Source: an uncultured Candidatus Micrarchaeota archaeon
Lineage (GTDB): Archaea > Micrarchaeota > Micrarchaeia > Anstonellales > Bilamarchaeaceae
DNA length: 64,000 nucleotides
Assembly (NCBI GenBank): GCA_963714085.1
Contig: OY970229.1
Coordinates: forward strand, 64,001 to 128,000
Direction of reading: 5' to 3'
Shown here: positions 48,112 to 56,903 of the stretch, in pieces
How the letters are laid out: each line of letters opens with the position of its first letter
Numbering within the stretch: position 1 is the stretch's first letter
Made by a program: the position numbers and the translations under genes
Notes under the pieces: model-generated
Seen by the model: the letters and a program-made list of their open reading frames with translations, nothing else
Told to the model about the DNA's origin: nothing
Database searches by the model: none

Positions 48112-49146
48112 ATGCGGAGAAACACACCTGTTACAATATCCAAGACATCCATGATAGCCTTGTCCGTCGCCGCGCTCACGGTTTTCGGGGCCTGGAAGGC
48201 CGGCGCCGATCCCGATCATGCCAAGAAGCCGGACCCGGTCCAGAAAGCGGCGGATGTCCCTGCCGCAACGCTCACCCCGGAGCACTGCACCGTCCATCCC
48301 GAGCTCGAGCTCTACGCGGGCAAGCGGAAGCTGGACCCGAAGCTCGTGCGCGCCGTGGCCATAGCGGAGAGCAACCTGGACGCATGCGCGGCCGCACGCG
48401 CAGGAAGCAGCTGGGGCCCGAACTGCTATTCGCTCGGCTATGATTATGTGCCTGACCCGGAGTCCAGATGCAACAACGCCTCCGAGAGCCCGGGACAGGC
48501 CGGCTCGCCCCTCTGGCGCTACTGCGGCCTGGGGCTCATGCAGACCCTGGAGCCCCCTTACACTTTCTGGCCCGCACTAGTTCCGGACGGGAAATACGGC
48601 CCGTACAGCTCCGGCGGCCAGAAGCAGCTCTTCCAGGAGGCGCAGCTCAGAGGCAGGATGAGCTTCCTGCTGGACGCGAAGGCGTGCTCGCCAGCGTTCA
48701 ATCCGTTCAATCCGGAGCACTCCGCCTGCCTGGGGACCCACAAGCTCGCGGCAGCCATGGACGGGGCGGGGAAGCTGGCTGAGTCCAGCACGCAGGAGCT
48801 CGGGAATCCTGGCCTGGCGGCAACGAAAGCGATAACGGCGTATCTCGCGCTGCACTACTACTACGGCGACGGCGGCTATGCCCAGGGCTGGATAGCCGAG
48901 TTCGGAAGGCGCCGCGCGCAGACAAAGGAGTTCTGCGACAGGAAAGCTAGGAAGAAGGACCCGGTATGCGTGGAGCGGAAAATCTCCGCGCGCCCGGAAT
49001 GCTACGGCATGGACGATTTCATCGCGTTCGTGCGGGAGTGCAGGTTCCGGGACGGCCCGGGGCAGAGCGAAGCGCCGTTCTACGGGGACTACGGCTCTAA
49101 GGTCCTCTCCGTGGCCAGGGGATTGGAGAACACCTGCGGGAAATAG
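48112..49146 (+). CDS. Secreted lytic-transglycosylase (SLT/lysozyme-like) domain protein
   Basis: LDPKLVRAVAIAESN (motif I, catalytic E), GLGLMQ (motif II), PFNP, ALHYYYG, DYGSKVL. N-terminal hydrophobic segment and 12 Cys. Confidence 0.8.
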   Translation: MRRNTPVTISKTSMIALSVAALTVFGAWKAGADPDHAKKPDPVQKAADVPAATLTPEHCTVHPELELYAGKRKLDPKLVRAVAIAESNLDACAAARAGSSWGPNCYSLGYDYVPDPESRCNNASESPGQAGSPLWRYCGLGLMQTLEPPYTFWPALVPDGKYGPYSSGGQKQLFQEAQLRGRMSFLLDAKACSPAFNPFNPEHSACLGTHKLAAAMDGAGKLAESSTQELGNPGLAATKAITAYLALHYYYGDGGYAQGWIAEFGRRRAQTKEFCDRKARKKDPVCVERKISARPECYGMDDFIAFVRECRFRDGPGQSEAPFYGDYGSKVLSVARGLENTCGK

Positions 49147-49244
49147 GAGCGGGAGGCTGCTTTTTAGTTTGTGCTCTTTATGTGTAAATTAGTGGAAAGG
49201 AAGGTTTATAATATGTTTATGCCTTACCTATAAATGGCGCAGTC

Positions 49245-51068
49245 ATGGGATCCAAACTCAGAAGTGATGCTAGAGGCAACGACACCAGGCCTAGCGCCAG
49301 CCCGGACATCTCAGCTGCGATAAGGGCATCAAAAAGAGGACCTGATAGGAACAGCGCCGCATTCAATGACGATTCCAGATTGGTAGTCAACGCAGGCAAG
49401 ATAACGACCTTGATCACGGACCTCGACCGTACACTCTGGGAGGGTGTTCTCGCAGAGAAGCAGAAGGTGAGGGTAAACGACGAGTACTACGACTTTTTGA
49501 GATCGTTGCATAGAAAAGGGATAACTGTATTTGCCGTATCGAAGAACGACGAAGAGGAGGTAAATGCGGCATTTGACAGGCTGGCGATAGACAAGGGATT
49601 GTTCACTGCGGTCATCGCGAACTGGGATCCGAAATATTTAACGATAGAGAGGCTTGTCCAGTGCACCGGATTAAGGCCTGAAACCGTCGTATTGGTAGAT
49701 GATAATCCATTGGAAAGGACCGAGGTGAAGGCCCGGACTCCGCAGATATACTGCATTGATAGTTCCAATTGGGATGTGTTACGCGGAGTCCCGTATATCA
49801 TGCGGCGCAGGAACCAGGCATCGAGCGAGATACGGTCCAGGGCCAACCGCTACAAAACCGCCATCTATGCCTCGGATTCGAGACTCCGGGCTGCTGATGA
49901 CGCCGAATTTTACCGGGGATTGAAAAGAGAGATCAGCATCGGCCAGATAGGCGTGGATGATATCGGCCGTTATACCCGCCTGCTGGTGGAGACGCATCGC
50001 ATCAACTTCAATCCAGGGAAATTCGCTGAGTACGGCGCAGCGCTGGAATATCTGCACGAAAGGTTGAACGCGGGGGACAGGTTATTCGCGATTTCCACCA
50101 AAGAGCGCGGCATGTCATTGGGGCTCACCGGGGCCCTGGTCGTGCATCACGAAAACGGCCGGGCCCGGATTACCGACGGGACCTTTTCCTGCGGCATAAT
50201 CGGCAGGGATTTCGAGCAGAGGTCCATCCTTGCGTTGATTGAGATCCTGAAACGGGAGGCCGTAGCCACGCTCGAGGTCTGCGTGACCCCCACAGGGACG
50301 AACAAGCGGATGAAAGACATACTGGTCAGCCTTGGTTTTTCGGAAGAAAGACAAGAAGATGGCAAAATCATATACTCGATGGATATCACGCACTACGCAC
50401 CCAAAGAGACTTATGGCTGGATCGCATTGAGCACCGAAGCTCCGGAATTGGACTATGAGGGTCATCCTGCGGTAATCGGATTTTTCGATGCGCACGTCAA
50501 GCCGCTGATCCGGGAAAGATCCAACCTGGTGAACATCGGTTCAAGCCGCGGGGAGGTCCTGGGTTTCCTTCAAGATGACGTCCGGGAGGAGTTTGACCGG
50601 TTTTTAGCTGCCAGAAAGGCGAATTATCTGAAGATAGACAAAATCGCATACCCGGGCGAGGATAACATTGTCGCTGACGCAGAGGATCTCAAGGGAATCG
50701 TACCCAACAGAAGCCAGGACCTGGTGATGGCAGTCGAATTGCTCGAGCACACGGAGCATTTCTGGCTGGTGATAAACGAGATGAACAGGATTGCCAAACA
50801 GGACGGCCTCATATTCCTGACCGTGCCCTCGTTCAACTATCCGAAACATGAATACCCTATTGATCTCTGGCGTATCGGCCCCGAAACAATCTCCAAATTT
50901 TTCCCTCCCGCATATTTCGAGACCTTGCGTCTTGAGACCGAAGGGATGGAAAAGAGCCCGAGGAGAACGATGATCCTCGTGAGAAAATTAAAGGACGGGT
51001 CCCCGGAGCAAGGCATGCCTGAAGGGGGAAGAACAAACTGGAAAACGGGATTGACTCTTTTCCCCTGA
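49245..51068 (+). CDS. FkbH-like HAD-IIIC protein fused to a C-terminal class I SAM methyltransferase
   Basis: DLDRTLWEG, SKND, NWDPK, DDNPLER, FSCGIIGR, then ADAEDL, ELLEH, EMNRIAKQDG, HEYPIDLWR. Confidence 0.8.
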   Translation: MGSKLRSDARGNDTRPSASPDISAAIRASKRGPDRNSAAFNDDSRLVVNAGKITTLITDLDRTLWEGVLAEKQKVRVNDEYYDFLRSLHRKGITVFAVSKNDEEEVNAAFDRLAIDKGLFTAVIANWDPKYLTIERLVQCTGLRPETVVLVDDNPLERTEVKARTPQIYCIDSSNWDVLRGVPYIMRRRNQASSEIRSRANRYKTAIYASDSRLRAADDAEFYRGLKREISIGQIGVDDIGRYTRLLVETHRINFNPGKFAEYGAALEYLHERLNAGDRLFAISTKERGMSLGLTGALVVHHENGRARITDGTFSCGIIGRDFEQRSILALIEILKREAVATLEVCVTPTGTNKRMKDILVSLGFSEERQEDGKIIYSMDITHYAPKETYGWIALSTEAPELDYEGHPAVIGFFDAHVKPLIRERSNLVNIGSSRGEVLGFLQDDVREEFDRFLAARKANYLKIDKIAYPGEDNIVADAEDLKGIVPNRSQDLVMAVELLEHTEHFWLVINEMNRIAKQDGLIFLTVPSFNYPKHEYPIDLWRIGPETISKFFPPAYFETLRLETEGMEKSPRRTMILVRKLKDGSPEQGMPEGGRTNWKTGLTLFP

Positions 51069-51200
51069 TACGGCATCTTGGCATGCGGAACCGCGCCGCC
51101 GGACGGCATATTCAAGAATCAACGCAACACATACTTTTCTATAATTTACGTTGATCCGAGAAAAAGGCGTTTAGCGCCCCTTCCGCGCTCCTGCCACGAA

Positions 51201-51216
51201 AAAAAAGCTTATAAAA
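51201..51216 (+). promoter_or_regulatory. BRE/TATA of the ccdA operon
   Basis: AAAAAAGC-TTATAAAA, with the TATA part 22-29 nt before the ATG at 51238. Confidence 0.65.
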
Positions 51217-51237
51217 CTAGTCTGAGTAAGCCCCCCA

Positions 51238-51948
51238 ATGGCCGGAATAACGCTCATCCTCGCTTTCATCGCGGGCGTCGTCTCGTTCCTCAGCCCGTGC
51301 GTCCTGCCGCTCATACCGGCATACCTCACCTTCCTGGCAGGCACTACGGTGCAGAAGACGTATTCCCCGAAGATACGGACCGAGATATTCCTGAGCAGCG
51401 TCTCGTTCGTGCTCGGCTTCTCGGTCTTGTTCTCCATCCTGGGCATATTGCTCCAGAGCGTCCTGTCCAAGTTCGCGTACTCCGTGCTCACCTACCTGAG
51501 CTACATCGGCGGCGCCGTGATAATCTTCTTCGGCCTGATGATGATAGGCTTGATAGAGATACCCGCGCTGTCCATCGAGCACAAGGTCAAGGTGGAGCGG
51601 ACGAACATATCTTACATCACGTCATTCATCTTCGGGGCCGCATTCGCGGTGGGCTGGACCCCGTGCGTGGGCGCGGTGCTGGGCAGCATCCTCACGCTGG
51701 CGATAACCCAGCCAGGGTCCTCGTTCCCGCTCATGCTCAGCTACTCCGTAGGGTTGGGCGTTCCGTTCCTGCTGGTCGGGCTTTTCGTGTCCCAGGCGTC
51801 CAGGGCCATACAGTACATCGGCCCGTACCTGAAGTGGCTCAACCTGATCTTCGGGATCGTACTCATAATACTCGGGATCCTCGTCTTCACCCAGACCCTG
51901 CCCCTGGTGGCTAACATAGGGTTCCTCAACGACTGGCTCCTCAAGTGA
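51238..51948 (+). CDS. ccdA: CcdA/DsbD-type transmembrane electron transporter
   Basis: SFLSPCVLPLIP and GWTPCVG, six TM segments. Confidence 0.93.
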   Translation: MAGITLILAFIAGVVSFLSPCVLPLIPAYLTFLAGTTVQKTYSPKIRTEIFLSSVSFVLGFSVLFSILGILLQSVLSKFAYSVLTYLSYIGGAVIIFFGLMMIGLIEIPALSIEHKVKVERTNISYITSFIFGAAFAVGWTPCVGAVLGSILTLAITQPGSSFPLMLSYSVGLGVPFLLVGLFVSQASRAIQYIGPYLKWLNLIFGIVLIILGILVFTQTLPLVANIGFLNDWLLK

Positions 51949-51952
51949 TTCT

Positions 51953-53077
51953 ATGAAAGCCAACGACCCGGTGACAATAGTAATAGCGATCCTGATCATC
52001 ATCGCCGCCATACTGTTCATCAGGTGGACCGGCGCAGGCGCGGTGGTGACCACGCCGGTGGTGAACACGGTGGCTAACGGCATCGGCAACGCCCTGAACG
52101 TGACTTCCAACCAAAGCGCGGTCGGCGAGGGCTCCCTGTTCCAGAAGGCGCCGGAGCTCACGGGGATATCCGGCTACATAAACGCTCCGAGCAATCTCAC
52201 CATCGCGAGCCTCGGGGGCGACGTGGTGCTCGTGGATTTCTGGACCTACTCGTGCATAAACTGCATACGCACCCTCCCCTACCTGGAGGCGTGGGAGCAG
52301 AAGTACGGCCCCATGGGCTTCGTCATAATAGGCGTGCAGTCCCCTGAATTCGAGTTCGAGAAGGATTTCAACAACGTCCAGGCGGCGGTCACGAAGTACA
52401 ACATCACCTATCCGGTCGTGCTGGACAACGACCACGCGACCTGGAACGCGTACCAGAACCTCTACTGGCCCGAGGATTACCTGGTGGACGCCGACGGCTA
52501 CATAAGATACACCCACATCGGCGAGGGCGACTATGACACCACGGAGTCGGAGATCCAGCAGCTGCTCATGGAGAGGAACCAGAACGCGTCGCCGGGCGGG
52601 ATCGTGGCGAGCAACATCAGCGCGAACTACGACCTCTCTAAAATCGGCACCCCGGAGATATATCTGGGCTATTCCTTCGCAAGGCAGCCCATCGGCAACC
52701 CGCAGGGCTTCGTGCGGGACCAGGTCGTGGACTATTCCATCCCCCAGGCCATGCAGACCAATGTCGTCTATTTCTCCGGGTCCTGGCTGAACAACCCGGA
52801 CAACATGGAGCTCTCTTCGGACACCGGCAAGATAATCCTGACATACTACGCGAAGAACGTGAACATCGTGGCCGGAGGGAACGGCACACTCAACCTCCTG
52901 CTGGACGACGCCGCGCCGTCCCCTGACCAGTACGGCCTGGACGATGCGAATGGGACCGTGACCGTGAACCAGGAGCGGCTCTACAGTTTGATAGACGACA
53001 CGGGCTACAACCAGAGGACGCTGGAGATAGATGCCACTGGGAAAGGATTCAGGATTTACACATTCACGTTCGGCTAG
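51953..53077 (+). CDS. Membrane-anchored thioredoxin-like protein, DipZ C-terminal type
   Basis: DFWTYSCINC, PEFEFEK, TPEIYLG, RLYSL...IYTFTFG terminus. Confidence 0.9.
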   Translation: MKANDPVTIVIAILIIIAAILFIRWTGAGAVVTTPVVNTVANGIGNALNVTSNQSAVGEGSLFQKAPELTGISGYINAPSNLTIASLGGDVVLVDFWTYSCINCIRTLPYLEAWEQKYGPMGFVIIGVQSPEFEFEKDFNNVQAAVTKYNITYPVVLDNDHATWNAYQNLYWPEDYLVDADGYIRYTHIGEGDYDTTESEIQQLLMERNQNASPGGIVASNISANYDLSKIGTPEIYLGYSFARQPIGNPQGFVRDQVVDYSIPQAMQTNVVYFSGSWLNNPDNMELSSDTGKIILTYYAKNVNIVAGGNGTLNLLLDDAAPSPDQYGLDDANGTVTVNQERLYSLIDDTGYNQRTLEIDATGKGFRIYTFTFG

Positions 53078-53113
53078 GCCGCGGATCGGGCCCGTCTTTT
53101 TGCCTTCGATGCG

Positions 53114-54037
53114 TCAAACCGACAGCCTATCCAGCGTATCGCAGATTATCTCGAGCGACTCCTTGAAGGTTTCTTCGTTCAGGATGGAACCGGGCAGTAT
53201 GTAGGCCGCCCGTTCGTTGGTTATATTGAATAACGCCCATTGTCCGTCAAAACGCGTGCTTCTCCAAAGAATCGAGTACATCCCGAGCTTGTCGATGCGC
53301 TGGTAGATGTCCTCCAGGCCGGCGGCCACCATCCGCTCTTTGCTGTCGAAGATCATCTTCGGATCCCTTCCCGATCTGTTCGGGGTCTTGATGCTCAATC
53401 CGACGCTTTGGCCCAAGCCGCTCGGGGTGAACAGCTGGATATTGAAATCCCGTCCCCTGTAAGCGCCATCCCATCCGGTCGCGACCTTGGCAAAACCGTT
53501 TTTTTGCAGGACCGGTTCTATCGAAGACGCCGCGGTATCTTTTGATTTTTTAGCCTCGGCGCTGAGAACGAAGAATAGCAAGACCGCTATCGGGATTATG
53601 AATCCGATGAGGATGTAACCGGATTGGGTGGTGAAGAGGGTGGAAGCGAGCCGTGATTGGTCCGGTGCATCGGGATTCACGAGGATTCCGATTTCGGACT
53701 CTCCGGTGTTCGCATTCGTTGTGCCTCCGACCTCGCCTACGAACTGGATGGTGGACGGTGCGACATCGCTTGAGCAGCAATGGCCCGAATACTGGTTTTC
53801 GTTATAGGGATAAGCGTAGGTCATATTGACTATGTGCGAGCAGGATCCGTGCGTATCGCAGTTTGAAATCGCGTTTTCATCGAAGTGGGTGACCGTCGCA
53901 TTGACTGGTCTCCAGGTGCTGAGGATGACATAGTCGGAATACAGCGACTGTACGCCGATGAAGATGAAGCAGAGGCCTATGAGCACCGCGAGACAGATTA
54001 CGTACTTTGCGTAGTACGGCATTGCCATGGCCAGCAT
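53114..54037 (-). CDS. Two-TM membrane protein, DUF3592-like ectodomain
   Basis: TM, then W.PV.ATV...Y.Y....Y...VNPDAPDQSRL, then TM. Confidence 0.6.
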   Translation of the reverse strand: MLAMAMPYYAKYVICLAVLIGLCFIFIGVQSLYSDYVILSTWRPVNATVTHFDENAISNCDTHGSCSHIVNMTYAYPYNENQYSGHCCSSDVAPSTIQFVGEVGGTTNANTGESEIGILVNPDAPDQSRLASTLFTTQSGYILIGFIIPIAVLLFFVLSAEAKKSKDTAASSIEPVLQKNGFAKVATGWDGAYRGRDFNIQLFTPSGLGQSVGLSIKTPNRSGRDPKMIFDSKERMVAAGLEDIYQRIDKLGMYSILWRSTRFDGQWALFNITNERAAYILPGSILNEETFKESLEIICDTLDRLSV

Positions 54038-54099
54038 AGGGACTGGTTATTATTTTAAGGTTTGGCACGCCACCGGGATTGAGCCGGCCATGCCAAGCT

Positions 54100-55014
54100 C
54101 TACCGCTTCTTCTGCAGCCACTCGTACGCGCAATACGAGGCCAGCACCGCCTCCCCTGCGCCCACTATCGCCTGCTTGAACACCGTGTCCGCGACGTCGC
54201 CGCACGCGTACACGCCAGGGACGCTCGTCTCCGCGCGCCTGTTGATCATGATCTCTCCTTTTTCGTTGAGCTTGGCACCCAGCTGCTTCGCGAGCTCGGA
54301 GTTCGGAGTCCTCCCGATCTCCACGAACACGCCGTCCACCTTGAAGTCATGAGAGCCGTTGTACGGCTTGTCCAGGACGAGATTCTCGAGCCGCCCCTTC
54401 CCAGCGAACTCCTTCACGTTCGTCTTGTTCATTATCTCTATCTTGCTGTTCGCCATCGCGCGCTCGAGGTTGACCGGCTCCGCGCGCACCTTCTCGCCCC
54501 TGTAGATGATGTAGACCTTCTTCGCCCATTGCGTGAGCAATAAAGCCTCCTTGACCGCGGAGTCGCTCCCGCCTATCACCGCTATGCTCTTGTCCCTGTA
54601 GAAGACCCCGTCGCAGAGCGCGCAGGTGTGCACGCCCTTGTTCTCCAGCTCGGTCTCGCCCGGGATGCCCATCTTGCGCGTGGCGCTGCCTGTCGCGAGT
54701 ATGAGCGCCCTGGAGGAGTATGTTTTGCCCTCGGCGTCCGTGACCGTGAACCCGTCCTTGGTCTTCTCGGCCTTGACCGCCTTCGCATCCACGATCTCCG
54801 GCTTGTACTCGTTGGCGTGCTGCTCTATGTTATTGGCCAGGTCCATGCCGTTGATGGACTTTATGCCGGGCCAGTTCGTGACGTGGTTGGTGAGGATTAT
54901 CGTGCCGCCACGGCTCTCCGCTATGACGAGCGTGCTCAGCTTCAGCCTGCCGCAGTACATGGCCGCGGAGAAACCCGCGACCCCGCCCCCGATGATGGCG
55001 ATGTCGTATTCCAT
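54100..55014 (-). CDS. trxB: Thioredoxin reductase
   Basis: YDIAIIGGG, CALCDG, GGSDSAVKEA, TSVPGVYACGD. Confidence 0.95.
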   Translation of the reverse strand: MEYDIAIIGGGVAGFSAAMYCGRLKLSTLVIAESRGGTIILTNHVTNWPGIKSINGMDLANNIEQHANEYKPEIVDAKAVKAEKTKDGFTVTDAEGKTYSSRALILATGSATRKMGIPGETELENKGVHTCALCDGVFYRDKSIAVIGGSDSAVKEALLLTQWAKKVYIIYRGEKVRAEPVNLERAMANSKIEIMNKTNVKEFAGKGRLENLVLDKPYNGSHDFKVDGVFVEIGRTPNSELAKQLGAKLNEKGEIMINRRAETSVPGVYACGDVADTVFKQAIVGAGEAVLASYCAYEWLQKKR

Positions 55015-55018
55015 GCGC

Positions 55019-55276
55019 TCACGCAAGGCCGAGCGCCTTCTTTATCGCCGGCTGGTTGAAGCCGATTATCACGTCCTTGTCTATCAGGATGACCGGGATG
55101 CCGGTCTGGCCGGAGACCTGCTGGACCTCGGCCGCGTACTTCTGGTTCACGCCCACGTCCCTCATCTCGAACTTTATCTTGTTCGCGTTGAGGAAATCCA
55201 TGGCCTTGTGGCACCAGGGGCACCATTCCGCCGAATAGACGATCACCTTTTTCTCCGCAGCTTTTTTTTCCGCCAT
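55019..55276 (-). CDS. Glutaredoxin/NrdH-like protein
   Basis: CPWC and SGQTGIPV...IIGFN. Confidence 0.92.
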   Translation of the reverse strand: MAEKKAAEKKVIVYSAEWCPWCHKAMDFLNANKIKFEMRDVGVNQKYAAEVQQVSGQTGIPVILIDKDVIIGFNQPAIKKALGLA

Positions 55277-55392
55277 AAACACTACCTCTCTGTCCGTGTT
55301 TAGGCTAGCTATATTTTAAAACCTGTTACTGAGGTTCGTTCCGACTGGCGGCGAAAAATCGCGGAATAAAAAAAATGAAGAAATGCCTGGCC

Positions 55393-56160
55393 TCAGGCAA
55401 AAGACGTTGCGTATATGTCCCTCCTCGAGTTCAGGTAGGCCAGCAGCGCGCTCGTTTTGGCCGGGTTGTTCTTGAACAGAGCGAGATATGCGTTCGCCTT
55501 GTTCTGGAAATCGTTCGCATACGCATCTCCGCCGTTTATCGCCTTTCCGACCGACCAGTAGCTCTTGGATTGCGCCAGGGATACCAGTCCCTTCCCCTTA
55601 TAATACGCCACGAATATCTTCGCTGCGTAATTCGGCTGCAGGGCCTTGATCTGGGGGCACACCGCCGCGTTGGTCGCAGTGCACTTCCACTGGTTTTTGC
55701 ATCCACATACGTTGGTCTGTGGCGTCGAGGTGCCGATACAGTCAGAGCCGCAGTACGTCTGATAATTGTACTTGTGCGTTATCTGTATGTAGCCCCTGCC
55801 TTTGTAATCAACGCCTCCGTCATAGGGCGTCGATCTGCACGCGCCGTTGATCTTGTAGGTGCATCCCGGCCCCATGCCGTAATCCCCGTTCTCCTCGCCA
55901 GGCACATAGCCTATCCCTCCAACCTCCTTATCCAGCGTCGCCATGGTCGCGGCAAGCAGTTCTGGAGTCATGCTCATCCCGTTGTCGTTGAACGACAGGG
56001 AGATTGACCGCAACGCGGTTTGCAAATTCGCGTTCGAGGTCGAGCCATGATTGAACAGCGCAGGGAAGTCGCTGCTTCCCGTGTACGCAAATGCCGCCCC
56101 CGCCATCTGGCATAAGACCAGGATGGCAAACACCAGTCCGAATCTTTTCATGGTTTTCAT
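55393..56160 (-). CDS. Secreted glycoside hydrolase family 19-like (chitinase/endolysin) protein
   Basis: Signal ending AFA. MATLDKEVGG (HETGG-equivalent), YKGRGYIQITHKYNY, AINGG. 8 Cys in the mature chain. Confidence 0.82.
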   Translation of the reverse strand: MKTMKRFGLVFAILVLCQMAGAAFAYTGSSDFPALFNHGSTSNANLQTALRSISLSFNDNGMSMTPELLAATMATLDKEVGGIGYVPGEENGDYGMGPGCTYKINGACRSTPYDGGVDYKGRGYIQITHKYNYQTYCGSDCIGTSTPQTNVCGCKNQWKCTATNAAVCPQIKALQPNYAAKIFVAYYKGKGLVSLAQSKSYWSVGKAINGGDAYANDFQNKANAYLALFKNNPAKTSALLAYLNSRRDIYATSFA

Positions 56161-56183
56161 AGATACCACGTAATCATCTGGGA

Positions 56184-56858
56184 GTGCCGGGTGCATTAGG
56201 CTGGCGCCGCTGTCGGACGGCCCCAGACCGCTTCCTGGCCGCTGTGGAGCGGTGGCAGGATGATATTCTTGCGTGCCATCAGCATATCATGGCAAGGGGC
56301 GAGGCGGCGGGCGCAAGGCTCATGGAGGTGTCGGACCGGCTCGTCGGGATACGCGCCGGCATCCGGAGGCCGAACGTGGAATCCAAGATACGCGTGCTTA
56401 GGGAGAAGGTGCGCAGGATCGCGTCCGGGCGCTGCACCGCGGAGCAGGCGGACAGGTTGATTGAGATACTCTGCCTTCCGGTGGACCTGGATTTCCGCCA
56501 GAGGATGGAACTCGAGTCGTTCGACGCCGCGAGCCTGGCGAAGAAGAGCCTGGCTCTCGCGGAGCTGATGGCCTGCACCCCGGAGCTCGGGGCGCTCCAG
56601 TTCTGGCGGCCCGGCCTTGGCCCGGCGGCCCTGGGGGGCGCGGACGCGAAAAAGAGGATGTCCAGGCTGAGGCTCATGCCAGAGGTAAGGCGAAGGAAGA
56701 AGGATCGCATATTCCGCATGTTGAAGATCCCGGCATCCGTGGAGACGCTAGTCCATGACATAGAGCGCGATTACATGGTCCTTGACGAATGCCGGAAGCT
56801 CGAGGAGAAAATCGACCATTGCCTTTCGAAGATAAAGGAAAACCTGGCGCGGCTTTAA
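56184..56858 (+). CDS. Hypothetical helical protein, start uncertain
   Basis: Open frame with host-like codon use. The GTG start is only 23 nt from the divergent GH19 start, so it may start later or be 5'-truncated. Confidence 0.5.
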   Translation: MPGALGWRRCRTAPDRFLAAVERWQDDILACHQHIMARGEAAGARLMEVSDRLVGIRAGIRRPNVESKIRVLREKVRRIASGRCTAEQADRLIEILCLPVDLDFRQRMELESFDAASLAKKSLALAELMACTPELGALQFWRPGLGPAALGGADAKKRMSRLRLMPEVRRRKKDRIFRMLKIPASVETLVHDIERDYMVLDECRKLEEKIDHCLSKIKENLARL

Positions 56859-56903
56859 GCCTTCAGGGCGCTTTTTAAACTGTATTACTAAAAATGTTAA
56901 AGT

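Noticed and set aside
48112..56160. Provirus lysis cassette
   Set aside because: No integrase, capsid, terminase or holin. The intervening genes are cellular redox functions.
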